Of a stretch of DNA of 31,653 nt, positions 19,357-28,390 are shown piece after piece. The translations under genes and the position numbers were made by a program. The notes below the pieces were generated by a model. It was not told the origin of the DNA and made no database searches. It saw only the letters and a program-made list of their open reading frames with translations. The stretch covers positions 1 to 31,653 of the IMG/VR virus record IMGVR_UViG_3300042363_000622; one strand, written 5' to 3'. Origin of the DNA: a virus (lineage: Duplodnaviria; Caudoviricetes). Every line of letters starts with the position of its first letter. Within the stretch, counting starts at the first letter, position 1.

Positions 19357-21303
19357 CAATTATTAAAAAAACAATTACACGGATTAAAGCCAGACGCTAA
19401 CTATCTATTTGCTCTCAAGCCTAAGAATACTGAGATAGTAGCTGTAGATGATTTGCCAGAAACGATACGAGTAAAAACTCCAGCAGTTTCTTCGGTCCCA
19501 TCAACTATAACTGGTTTTGGAATTTCCGCAAACTTTGAAACAGTAATGTTTTCTTTTAATCCAGTTGATGACATTGACTTAGACTCATATGCATATCAAT
19601 TGTATGATATTCCTAATCCCACAAGCTCAACCACACCAATAAAAAGTGGAAGAAATAAAGCTAACGTATTTACAATCTCAGTAACTAACTCTACTGATTC
19701 TACTCCTAAAACATATTATGGAAGAGTTGCAGTAGTTAATACTGCTGGAACTCCTCCTGTATATACTGATCTTGTTTCATCTGGTACAACTCCATTAATT
19801 GAGGAACAATATATTTCTAGCTTAACTGCAGCAAAAATTACTGCAGGAACAATAGGTGCACACACGATAACTTTAGGTGGAGTAACTTCTGTTATTAAAT
19901 CTTCCACATATAATGGATCTTTTGATGGAACTCAATGGACAACCGGAAGTGCTGGGTGGTTGATATCTGGTTCTGGTCAAGCAATTTTTGATTCATCTCA
20001 AATAAGAGGTTCAATTGCAGCGGCATCAATAAACTTAAACACGCATAACTATTGGCTTCCAAATGCAGGAACGCCAATTTTTAAAGTTGGCAATGCAAGT
20101 AATTTTTTTGAATGGAACGGAACCAACGTAATAACTACTGGAACGGTAATCACCAACGCTACAGTTTCTGATGGAACGGTTGGAGGAATAAGTGCAGGCA
20201 CAAATAAAATATTTTTAGGAACTGGAACATACGCAAACGCAAATACTCCTTTTTATGTAGACACATCTAGTAGATTTTCTTTAGGGGATAAGTTAGCTTT
20301 TGATGGGACTAATCTTTCTATTGCTGGAAACGTAACCATAGGTTCTCAAACTGCAACAGCAGTAAGTGCTGCTGTAACTACGGCAAATAACGCAGCGACG
20401 GCAGCAGCAAACGCTCAAACAACAGCAGATGGTAAAATAAATGGAGCAGCAGTTAATGCAAACGTAACTTCAATATCTGGTGGAACAATTACAACTGGTA
20501 CGATTAACCTTAATAGTGTTAACGTTAACACTGGTACTTCTGGAGCAAGGTTGAGCATTGATTCTTCTGGCATAAAAATATATAACTCTAGTGGTACAAA
20601 TACAGTATCCCTTAACTCAGATGGTTCAGCATCTTTTAGTGGCTCTTTATCTGGAGCAACTGGATCTATTGGAGCTAACTTTTCAATTGGCACAAGTTGT
20701 TCTATCGGTGGAAGCTTAACCATTGGAAATAATGTAAGAGTAAATGGCGCAACTGCTGATGGCGACATAACAACATTTAAAATTAGAGGAGAAGACAATG
20801 CAGATGACAAATGGACTTTAAGAACCCAAAGACAAGATGGAGGAATTAGCGGAGGTTTTAGAAATGATGGAGCTTTCTTTTTGCCGTATGTCTATGGAGA
20901 TCAAGTACCAGGGAATTCGATGGCAATTAGGGACCTTTTTATACGAAGCGATGGAAAACTTGGCTACAGTAGTTCAAGTATAAGATTTAAGGAAAATATC
21001 AAAAATCTTGATTTTGATTTAGACAAATTTTTTCAAATACAACTTGTTGAATTTACTTATAAAAACAAAGAATCTATAAACACAGAAGAATCAACTCAGG
21101 TAAAACAACAAATTCAGTATGGTGTTATAGCAGAACAATTATTAGAAGTTGGATTCAATGAACTTGTCCAATTTGACAAAAACGATATGCCGGAATATGT
21201 TGATTATAAAAAAATTTCAATAATGCTATTTCATGCAATAAAAAAAATGAAACTAGAAATAGATTCTTTAGCAATTAGACTTTCTGCATTAGAGAATATA
21301 TAA
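19353..21303 (+). CDS. Tail fibre/host-specificity protein (~649 aa) with FN3-like N-terminus and C-terminal peptidase S74 chaperone; +1 frame change at CGG 19380-19382
   Basis: ATGA overlap start gives MTIIKKTIT-(C)GGA-LKPDANYLF, an FN3 gLkP..Y motif. Also LTAAKITAGTI and the S74 signature SSIRFKENIKNL...YGVIAEQL with a terminal coiled coil. Confidence 0.8.
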
Positions 21304-21335
21304 TATCTCTTATGCAAGATGATTAGGAGATTAAA

Positions 21336-21521
21336 ATGCAAGATCAAAATTTAGATGTTAATTTAATAATACAAGCTTTTCAAGAAAAAGTAACGCAGCT
21401 AACTATCGATAATATTGTAAAAGATGCAACGATTAAGCAGCTTACTATGCAACTCCAACAAAAACAAGAACTATCAGATGGGTTTGATACGCCCGCAGAA
21501 ACTATAAAGAAAGTAAAATAA
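21336..21521 (+). CDS. Small coiled-coil protein (61 aa)
   Basis: SD AGGAG and a heptad pattern. Confidence 0.7.
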   Translation: MQDQNLDVNLIIQAFQEKVTQLTIDNIVKDATIKQLTMQLQQKQELSDGFDTPAETIKKVK

Positions 21522-21733
21522 TGACAAAAAAATCAGTATTACCAGAAGAGCTTGTAGTACAAGCAGAAGAAGCTATTGTAGCTGAAAAAGAAATGAATAT
21601 TACCATTAAGATTACTAATTCTAATCTTTCTTATAAGAGTGATTTCTCAGAAGCAGAGACAGTTTTTTGGCTTGAAGCTATCAAAGACATCATTATCAAA
21701 AAGACGTTTCAAGAGTCCGAAAGACAAAGCTGA
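21521..21733 (+). CDS. Hypothetical protein (70 aa)
   Basis: TAATG coupling with the upstream gene. Confidence 0.7.
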   Translation: MTKKSVLPEELVVQAEEAIVAEKEMNITIKITNSNLSYKSDFSEAETVFWLEAIKDIIIKKTFQESERQS

Positions 21734-21749
21734 ATTTAAAGAATAATAA

Positions 21750-21764
21750 ACTGTACTATACAGT
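21750..21764 (+). promoter_or_regulatory. Putative late promoter variant (GTACTATA) within a dyad
   Basis: ACTGTA-CTA-TACAGT, about 35 nt upstream of the portal ATG. ACTGTACTATAC is identical to 5516-5527. Confidence 0.5.
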
Positions 21765-21795
21765 ATTATCTTTAGAATTTGGAGCTAATTAGCTT

Positions 21796-23463
21796 ATGGC
21801 AATACGTCAATATTTACCTTTTCAGAAGTCTGAGCTGTCTGAGTTTGATTTTGAATCAGCTCAGCTAGCTCCAGATAAAATTGGATCACTCAGCAAAGCG
21901 ATGAGAGTCGCAGCATTTGCCTTGGGTTATCGTGGCGTAAACTATTATTATACTGGCAGAACTAACTTTGAACCTTCTCCGTATAACTTTGATAGAATAA
22001 TACAGGCAATAGATACTGACTCATATGTCAAGCAGGCAATGGCTAAATACCAGGACTTGTTTTGGAAAGAAGGTTGGCAGATTGTTGGAGAAAATCCAGA
22101 AGCTGTACAATACTTATACCAACGAATAGATTACATGGAAATGGCTATGAGAAGGCCGTTTTTAGATTTTCTTATTGATTTATCTGATCAACTATTTAAA
22201 TTTTCAAACGTATTTATTGTTAAAGCCAGAGCTGATTTAGCAGAATATTTTCCTAAAGCATTAGAGCCAGTAGGTGCTGCACAGCCAGTTGTTGGATATT
22301 ATCTGATACCAACTGAGCAAGCAAGAATCTTAAGAGATAAGCACAACAAGCCAAAAGCATACTTACAGAGAACTAATCCAATGACGTATGCGCCTACGGA
22401 CAGAGATCCTAAATGGCCAGCTGAAAGTGTTATACATTTATTCTTTGATAGAAAACCAGGAAGAATATTTGGTACTCCATTCTTAGCAAACGTTTTGGAT
22501 GACGTTGTCGCACTGAGACAAATTGAAGAAGACATTCAAAACCTAGTGCATAGAGAACTTTTCCCATTGTATAAGTACAGAATTGGAACTGCAGATCAGC
22601 CAGCTGAGCCGGAAGAAATAGATCAAGCAGCAATAGAGATTGAAAATCTTAGAGCTGAAGGTGGTTTAATCCTTCCATTCAGACATGATGTTGAGGTTAT
22701 AGGATCTCAAAACGCAGCACTTGATGCATCAAATTACTTGAATCATTTTAAGGAAAGAGTTGCAGTAGGACTCGGAGTTGCACCACATCACCTTGGAATG
22801 AGCATGGGTGGTGGCAACAGATCTGCTTCAGAAAGATTAGATACAGCACTATACGATAAGATCAAACATTTCCAAAAGCAATTTGCTGAGATGGTAAGAC
22901 TTAACGTTTTTAATGAATTATTATTTGAGGGCGGTTTTGATCCGTTAGTTAATCCAACTGAATCTTCTATATCAGACAGATGTTATTTTAAGTTCAACGA
23001 GATAGATGTTGATACTCAAGTTAAAAAAGAAACACATATAATACAAAAGTATGTAAACTCTCTTATAACCTTAGAAGAAGCAAGAATGAAAATTGGTGAA
23101 GATCCGCAAGTGGATAAAGAAGGTCTATTTATGTCGGCACAAGGTCAAGTCCAAATTGATGTCGGTTCCGCACAAGCAGATACTCAAGCAAAACTTCAAA
23201 CCAGTAAAGATGTTGTAAAAGATGGAGACAAACAAACTCCAGCACCAAAAGGCCAAAGAAATATGCCTTCAAACAGAAAAGGCGCAGGCAATGTTATGAG
23301 ACCACAAAATCAACAGGGTCGTTTAACCTCGCCTAATATTAAGAGATCAGATTCTGCCTGGGTTGGCATGGTTGAAAATCTTCTCGAAGAGCAGTATAAT
23401 GTAGTGATAGTAGAAGATCAAGAACAACAAGAAAATGTGAATGAGGAAAAAAATGTCAATTAA
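21796..23463 (+). CDS. Portal protein
   Basis: 555 aa. VIHLFFDRKPGRIFGTP, RVAVGLGV and ITLEEARMKIG are portal-like motifs. Position upstream of protease and capsid genes. Confidence 0.85.
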   Translation: MAIRQYLPFQKSELSEFDFESAQLAPDKIGSLSKAMRVAAFALGYRGVNYYYTGRTNFEPSPYNFDRIIQAIDTDSYVKQAMAKYQDLFWKEGWQIVGENPEAVQYLYQRIDYMEMAMRRPFLDFLIDLSDQLFKFSNVFIVKARADLAEYFPKALEPVGAAQPVVGYYLIPTEQARILRDKHNKPKAYLQRTNPMTYAPTDRDPKWPAESVIHLFFDRKPGRIFGTPFLANVLDDVVALRQIEEDIQNLVHRELFPLYKYRIGTADQPAEPEEIDQAAIEIENLRAEGGLILPFRHDVEVIGSQNAALDASNYLNHFKERVAVGLGVAPHHLGMSMGGGNRSASERLDTALYDKIKHFQKQFAEMVRLNVFNELLFEGGFDPLVNPTESSISDRCYFKFNEIDVDTQVKKETHIIQKYVNSLITLEEARMKIGEDPQVDKEGLFMSAQGQVQIDVGSAQADTQAKLQTSKDVVKDGDKQTPAPKGQRNMPSNRKGAGNVMRPQNQQGRLTSPNIKRSDSAWVGMVENLLEEQYNVVIVEDQEQQENVNEEKNVN

Positions 23464-23797
23464 AATAGTTTCAGATATATCAAAACAGTATCTCTTAAAA
23501 GAAGATGCAATTGAAGGATTCAAGATAGCAGTAGAAAATGGTCAAACACGTTTGGCTCTCCAAGTATTGGTAGATATCATTGATGGCATGATGGACATAT
23601 TCAACTACGCCATGGAAGAAGTCTCAGAAGACGATGATATTATAGAAGTTCCGGTAACAGCATCTGCTTCTGCTCCAGCTGAAAAAGCTGTTGAGATAGC
23701 GGAGGTTATTGAAGCTGTTGAAAAAGTTGAAGATAAAAAAGTATCTCCAAAAAAAACAGCTGAAGTAAAAGAAGAACCTAAACAAATAGTAGAATAA
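23453..23797 (+). CDS. Hypothetical acidic protein (114 aa)
   Basis: SD GAGGA precedes ATG 23453; coupled to the next gene. Confidence 0.65.
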   Translation: MSIKIVSDISKQYLLKEDAIEGFKIAVENGQTRLALQVLVDIIDGMMDIFNYAMEEVSEDDDIIEVPVTASASAPAEKAVEIAEVIEAVEKVEDKKVSPKKTAEVKEEPKQIVE

Positions 23798-24558
23798 TGA
23801 AACTTATAATAGGATGTCCAATTTATAAAAGAGATTGGATTTTGCCAATCTGGTTTGCATCGCTCGAAAGACAATCTATTCCTCTGAATAAAATTGGTTT
23901 TATTTTTGAAACTTCACCAGACGATGAAGCAACTGTAAGAATGTTAAAATTATGGAGACAGTATCATCCTGAGATTCCTTTGTTTGAAATAAGGGAAAGA
24001 AATGATATACCTCACTATAATCACGAAGAAAACTCAAGACAGTGGACTATTTCAAAATATGAAAATATGGTCAATCTTAGAAACTCCCTTCTTTCAAGAG
24101 TAAGAGAACTTCAGCCTGATTATTATTTTAGTCTTGATTCTGACATAATACTAAAGAACCCAAATACATTAGAACTACTAATAGCACACGTTAATGATAC
24201 AGCAGACGCAGTTAGTCCATTAATGTTTATGACTCCTTTTGATACAAAATATCCAAGTGTTATGAATTGGGCAGACGAAAAAGAGTTTAAAGGCTATAGA
24301 AAAAATAATTACCCCTTGGGAACTTATTTTAAATCTGATGTAATAATGGCAGCTAAAATGATGTCTAAAGACGTTTACAATAATGTTGACTACGAGATAC
24401 ACTCTCAGGGAGAAGACCTTGGTTGGTCAAAGAACGCAGCTTTAAAAGGTTATTCCTTATATTGTGCAAGTTATATATACGCTGCTCACATAATGCACGA
24501 GAATCTTTTGCCACAGTTTCAACAAATGGGTGACAAAAGAGAACTTATTACAATTTGA
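23797..24558 (+). CDS. GT-A fold (GT2-like) glycosyltransferase
   Basis: N-terminal LIIGCPIY strand, NLRNSLL, YYFSLDSD (DxD), GEDLGW and a C-terminal His. Confidence 0.8.
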   Translation: MKLIIGCPIYKRDWILPIWFASLERQSIPLNKIGFIFETSPDDEATVRMLKLWRQYHPEIPLFEIRERNDIPHYNHEENSRQWTISKYENMVNLRNSLLSRVRELQPDYYFSLDSDIILKNPNTLELLIAHVNDTADAVSPLMFMTPFDTKYPSVMNWADEKEFKGYRKNNYPLGTYFKSDVIMAAKMMSKDVYNNVDYEIHSQGEDLGWSKNAALKGYSLYCASYIYAAHIMHENLLPQFQQMGDKRELITI

Positions 24559-24615
24559 AAACTATATAAAAATATGATATCTTTATATAAAATTGTTTAA
24601 TGTTATAAAAGTAAA

Positions 24616-24623
24616 TTACTATA
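24616..24623 (+). promoter_or_regulatory. Putative late promoter TTACTATA
   Basis: Intergenic, about 40 nt upstream of ATG 24663 (SD GGAG). Confidence 0.6.
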
Positions 24624-24662
24624 TATTTCAGGCAATTGAATTATGCGTATATGGAGAACTTA

Positions 24663-26367
24663 ATGAGTTTCGATTTTGTAGAAAATTTTACAGTTAAACT
24701 TCCAGATTTTTCAAAAATGGACTTTTCATTTAAGGAATCATCTGATTCTAATCAGGGCTTAATCATTGAGGTTGCAGCCATACATGAAGGTTTAACACGG
24801 AAACTATAATAATTATTCTGCAGAGGCTTTAGAAAAAGCTTTGCAGTCTTGGGTAGAGCCTTACCCTAAGCCAATCATTCTTAATCATGATCTTAACTCT
24901 GAGCCTATAGGTAGAGTTATGGCAGCAAGAATGGATAAGGAAGAAGATGGTTCATCCTTTGTTCGATTGCAGATTGCTATCACAGATCCAGTTGCTGTAC
25001 AAAAAGTTATGGACAAGAGATACTTGACGGGATCAGTTGGAGGAAGAGCTGGAAAAGCAGTTTGTTCTATCAGTGGCGACGATCTTGCTAATCTTGACGA
25101 AAGCGGAAAGCCAAAAATGGCTCGCTTCAAAAGAGGTCAAGTTTACAAGGGTAAGCTTGCTTTCATCGATATGCAAGACATTTCTTTCAAGGAATACTCT
25201 TTTGTAAATCAGCCAGCAGACTCTAAGTCAAGTGTTAGAGCCGTTGCTGCACCAGGCTCAAATGCTATAGCAACATCTGATTCACAGTGGGTAGCAAGAA
25301 GCTCAGCTTTTGTTCTCAGCATGGATAAAGAAGATATTTTTTCTGTAGAAGAGAATCAATCACTTTTTGCTAATTTGAAAAGCAAAGAATCAAGACCAGT
25401 TTACCTGCATCTAAAAGGTGCGTTTCTTTCCGCTATGGCTATACAGGAAAGCGAAAATTACATTAATACTAATGATCCATTACTATCTGATGAGAATGAT
25501 AATAAAGATGTCCATGAGGAGAATCTCACTATGAATGAAAACGTTAAGGATGAAGACATTTTGGCTACAGTAGAAGAACTAAGCCAAGATCTGTCAGCAC
25601 TTTCTAATACAAGTGTTGAAGAGTCACAAGATCCAGAAACTGCAGAAACTCCTGAAGAAGGAGCTGAAGAGGTAGAAGAGTCACTTAAGACTGAAGAAGA
25701 AGTAACTGAAGAAAACGTTACAGATAAAAAAGATCTAGAAGATGATGCAGTTGATGCTCTCAAGAAGGCAAATGAAAAAATTGCTCAACTTGAAGCTCAA
25801 ATTGCAAAAGACTCATCAGCAGCTTCTGATGAGCAACAGTCTACTGAAGTTACAGAAGAAGCAGAAGTACCTACTGAAGAAGTGGTTGATTCCGCCGATG
25901 CTGCAACAGAAGAAGAAACTCAAGCAACCGAAGAGTCTAATACGAATCTCACTGACGAAAAAGTAGTCTCTGAGCAAGATGTTGACGACGCTACAAAAAA
26001 ACTTCAAGAGCTTGAAGAAGAAAACAAAAAACTCAAGAGCGCAATGCATAGAACTCTCGTAGAGAGAGTCGTTGATACAAAGATTGCAACTGGAATTGAG
26101 TCTCATGAACTTAGAGAAGAACTCATTGGAGAGCACTTAACACGTAGTGCTAATTCATTGGCTGATTCATTAAGAGATCTTGCAAAACTTCCAATGGCTA
26201 AATCAGCCAAGGGAACAATGCCAGAAATCAACTCTGAACTTACTGTCATTGAAGGTGAAGACAATGTCTACACTCTAGATAAGCAGGAAGATTTTGTTCA
26301 AGAAGATGAAATAAAAACTCCAGAGCAACTTTTTGTAGATGCTCTCATGGGTCGTCGTAAACTTTAA
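24663..26367 (+). CDS. Prohead protease-scaffold fusion (~567 aa), +1 frame change at CGG 24798-24800
   Basis: MSFDFVEN...AAIHEGLT-(C)GGA-NYNNYSAEALEKALQSW joins track ORF 24841. HK97-type protease motifs PIILNHD, PIGRV, LTGSVG and EYSFVNQPAD; acidic coiled-coil C-terminal half. Confidence 0.85.
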
Positions 26368-26390
26368 TAATAATACAAGGAGAAAATTAA

Positions 26391-27161
26391 ATGAGTTTAG
26401 CAAAATTTCGTAAGGTAGGAACCAAAACTGGTTCAGGCCGTTTCGTAGTTTCAGAGGGTATTGCTCCAGCAGCTTACCTTCTTCCAAGCCAAGGTCTTCC
26501 AACCTGGTACACAGACAGTGAAGACGATCGTTTCGAGATTGTCATTCCAAAGGGAACCATTCTTTCCGTAGTTGCAAATTCAACAACCGGTGACGCAATG
26601 GTAGTTCCTGCCAATGGTACTGCTAGTGCACAAGTATGGGGCGACACAATTTCTGGTTGGGACCCATTAGCAGGTGCAACTCCAACTACAACCCCATCAG
26701 GCGATGGAGTTACCGTTGGTGCAAGATCAGTTCCAATTGGTGTTGCACAGTACGACCTTTACCGTCCATTTGACAAGGGCACCTCACAGGGTGCAGGTTT
26801 CATTACTCATGGTTATGTAGAATATCCAATGGTTAGTGGAATTAACGCTGACGTTGCTATTGGTGACGTTGTTCGTTCGGATCACATGGGTCGCCCAGTA
26901 AAGGCAGCTGCTGCTAACTTCCTTAGCGGAAGCGATGTCTATTCTTACCTTCAAGTTGGTAAGGTCATAGAGGTAGAAAAGTTTGCAACCAACTTTGATG
27001 ATGGCTTGCTTTCCTACATGCAACTTCCTTCGGACCCAGGTGCTTTGAAGACAGTATTTGAACTTACTCGTTCAGGTTCTTTCTCAGGCAAGCTTGGTAT
27101 CCGCAGTAATTTGGATGTTACCAACGTAATTGGCGCATTCCGCGTTAATTTAACAATTTAA
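26391..27161 (+). CDS. Putative capsid decoration/cement protein
   Basis: SD AGGAG; lies between scaffold and major capsid; beta-rich, with IVIPKGTIL and PIGVAQYD. Confidence 0.65.
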   Translation: MSLAKFRKVGTKTGSGRFVVSEGIAPAAYLLPSQGLPTWYTDSEDDRFEIVIPKGTILSVVANSTTGDAMVVPANGTASAQVWGDTISGWDPLAGATPTTTPSGDGVTVGARSVPIGVAQYDLYRPFDKGTSQGAGFITHGYVEYPMVSGINADVAIGDVVRSDHMGRPVKAAAANFLSGSDVYSYLQVGKVIEVEKFATNFDDGLLSYMQLPSDPGALKTVFELTRSGSFSGKLGIRSNLDVTNVIGAFRVNLTI

Positions 27162-27206
27162 TAAAATAGAATAAAGAAAAACACTAACAGAAGGAATAAT
27201 CCTAAG

Positions 27207-28262
27207 ATGAGCAAAACAATCCAAGAGCTCCTCTCGGGTCTCCCAGCTTGGGAAGCCGCGCTGGCCGAAGACGGACACATTGACGAGAACAATAGAGTAA
27301 CAATTAAGGAAGCATTTGCATCGTCAGACGCAGCTGCCCTTTTCCCTAAGGTTATTTCACGTACTCTTAGAGAAGCAGCAGAACCACAATTATTGGTTAC
27401 GCCACTTCTTTCAACGGTTCGTTTAGGAAAAGGACGCTCTTTGGAGTTTCCTGCAGTAAACGCAATTCAAGCTGCTGAGATCCCAGAAGGACAAGAATAT
27501 CCAGAGCAGGCATTAGCCTTCGCAAAGCAGATTGAGGGCAAGGTATCCAAGAAGGGTGTCAAGCTTTCATTCACTGAAGAAGTCATTGCCGACTCATTAT
27601 GGGACATTGTCGGTCTCCATGTAAGAGCTGCGGGACGCGCTATGGCACGTCTCAAGGAACAGATTGCATTGAGCCGTTTCAAAGATGCTGCAACTATAGC
27701 CTTTGACAATGACAGTGGTTCATACGATGATACAACCGGTCGTGACATCAATGGCGCTCTCAATTTGACCGTCACTTGGGATGACATCGTTGACATGGCT
27801 GCTGTACTCATGGCAGAAAAGCATGTTCCTACAGACTTTATACTTCACCCACTTATGTGGTCGATCTTCCTTAAGGATGCTATCTTCCACATGGGCGGTG
27901 CTGCATCTGCAGTCAACACCAGCTGGGGCTACCGTCCCGGAAACGTTGATGGTGCATTGAATGCAAGTGCACCAATGGGATTGAATGTTATTGTTTCACC
28001 TTTCGTAAGCTTCACAGCTAAGAGTGGTGCAACCGCAGCTAAGTCAGATCTTTTCTTGATCGACCGCAATGAGGTTGGAACCATTCTTGTCAAGGATGAC
28101 ATGAGCACAGATCAGTTTGATGATCCTAGCCGTGACATTCGTCAGATGAAGATGAAAGAGCGTTATGACATCGTAATGCTTGGTGACGGTGAGGGTATCA
28201 CAGTTGCTAAGAACGTTAGACTCGCTCGCAACTACGAGGTTCAAGTTACTAACGAAATGTAA
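27207..28262 (+). CDS. Major capsid protein (HK97 fold)
   Basis: 351 aa, with AAEIPEGQEYP, KKGVKLSFTEEVIADS and PTDFILHP. Biased codon usage and a strong downstream terminator. Confidence 0.9.
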   Translation: MSKTIQELLSGLPAWEAALAEDGHIDENNRVTIKEAFASSDAAALFPKVISRTLREAAEPQLLVTPLLSTVRLGKGRSLEFPAVNAIQAAEIPEGQEYPEQALAFAKQIEGKVSKKGVKLSFTEEVIADSLWDIVGLHVRAAGRAMARLKEQIALSRFKDAATIAFDNDSGSYDDTTGRDINGALNLTVTWDDIVDMAAVLMAEKHVPTDFILHPLMWSIFLKDAIFHMGGAASAVNTSWGYRPGNVDGALNASAPMGLNVIVSPFVSFTAKSGATAAKSDLFLIDRNEVGTILVKDDMSTDQFDDPSRDIRQMKMKERYDIVMLGDGEGITVAKNVRLARNYEVQVTNEM

Positions 28263-28299
28263 TAATCTTAGGGTCCGTTATAGTTACGACACCCTAGTG

Positions 28300-28339
28300 A
28301 CAGAGGAGTGGCTTTCGAGCCACTCCTCTGTTGTTATTA
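28300..28339 (+). terminator. Intrinsic terminator after the capsid operon
   Basis: Perfect 14-bp stem ACAGAGGAGTGGCT-TTCG-AGCCACTCCTCTGT followed by a T-rich tail. Confidence 0.85.
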
Positions 28340-28351
28340 TGGACTTAATTC

Positions 28352-28360
28352 GTTACTATA
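28352..28360 (+). promoter_or_regulatory. Putative late promoter GTTACTATA
   Basis: Lies between the terminator and GTG 28391 (SD AGGAG). Confidence 0.65.
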
Positions 28361-28390
28361 TAAGATGAATATTATAAACAGGAGATAGAT

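Noticed and set aside
3431-24800. Treating the six split genes as pseudogenes or as stop-codon reassignment
   Set aside because: The breaks change frame, so readthrough of TAA/TAG/TGA cannot join them, and all three stops end normal genes. Random decay would not give only +1 events at one codon. Sequencing error remains open and is listed as the refuting test.
25500-26050. Glu-rich low-complexity repeats
   Set aside because: This is ordinary scaffold-domain composition, not a DNA repeat element.
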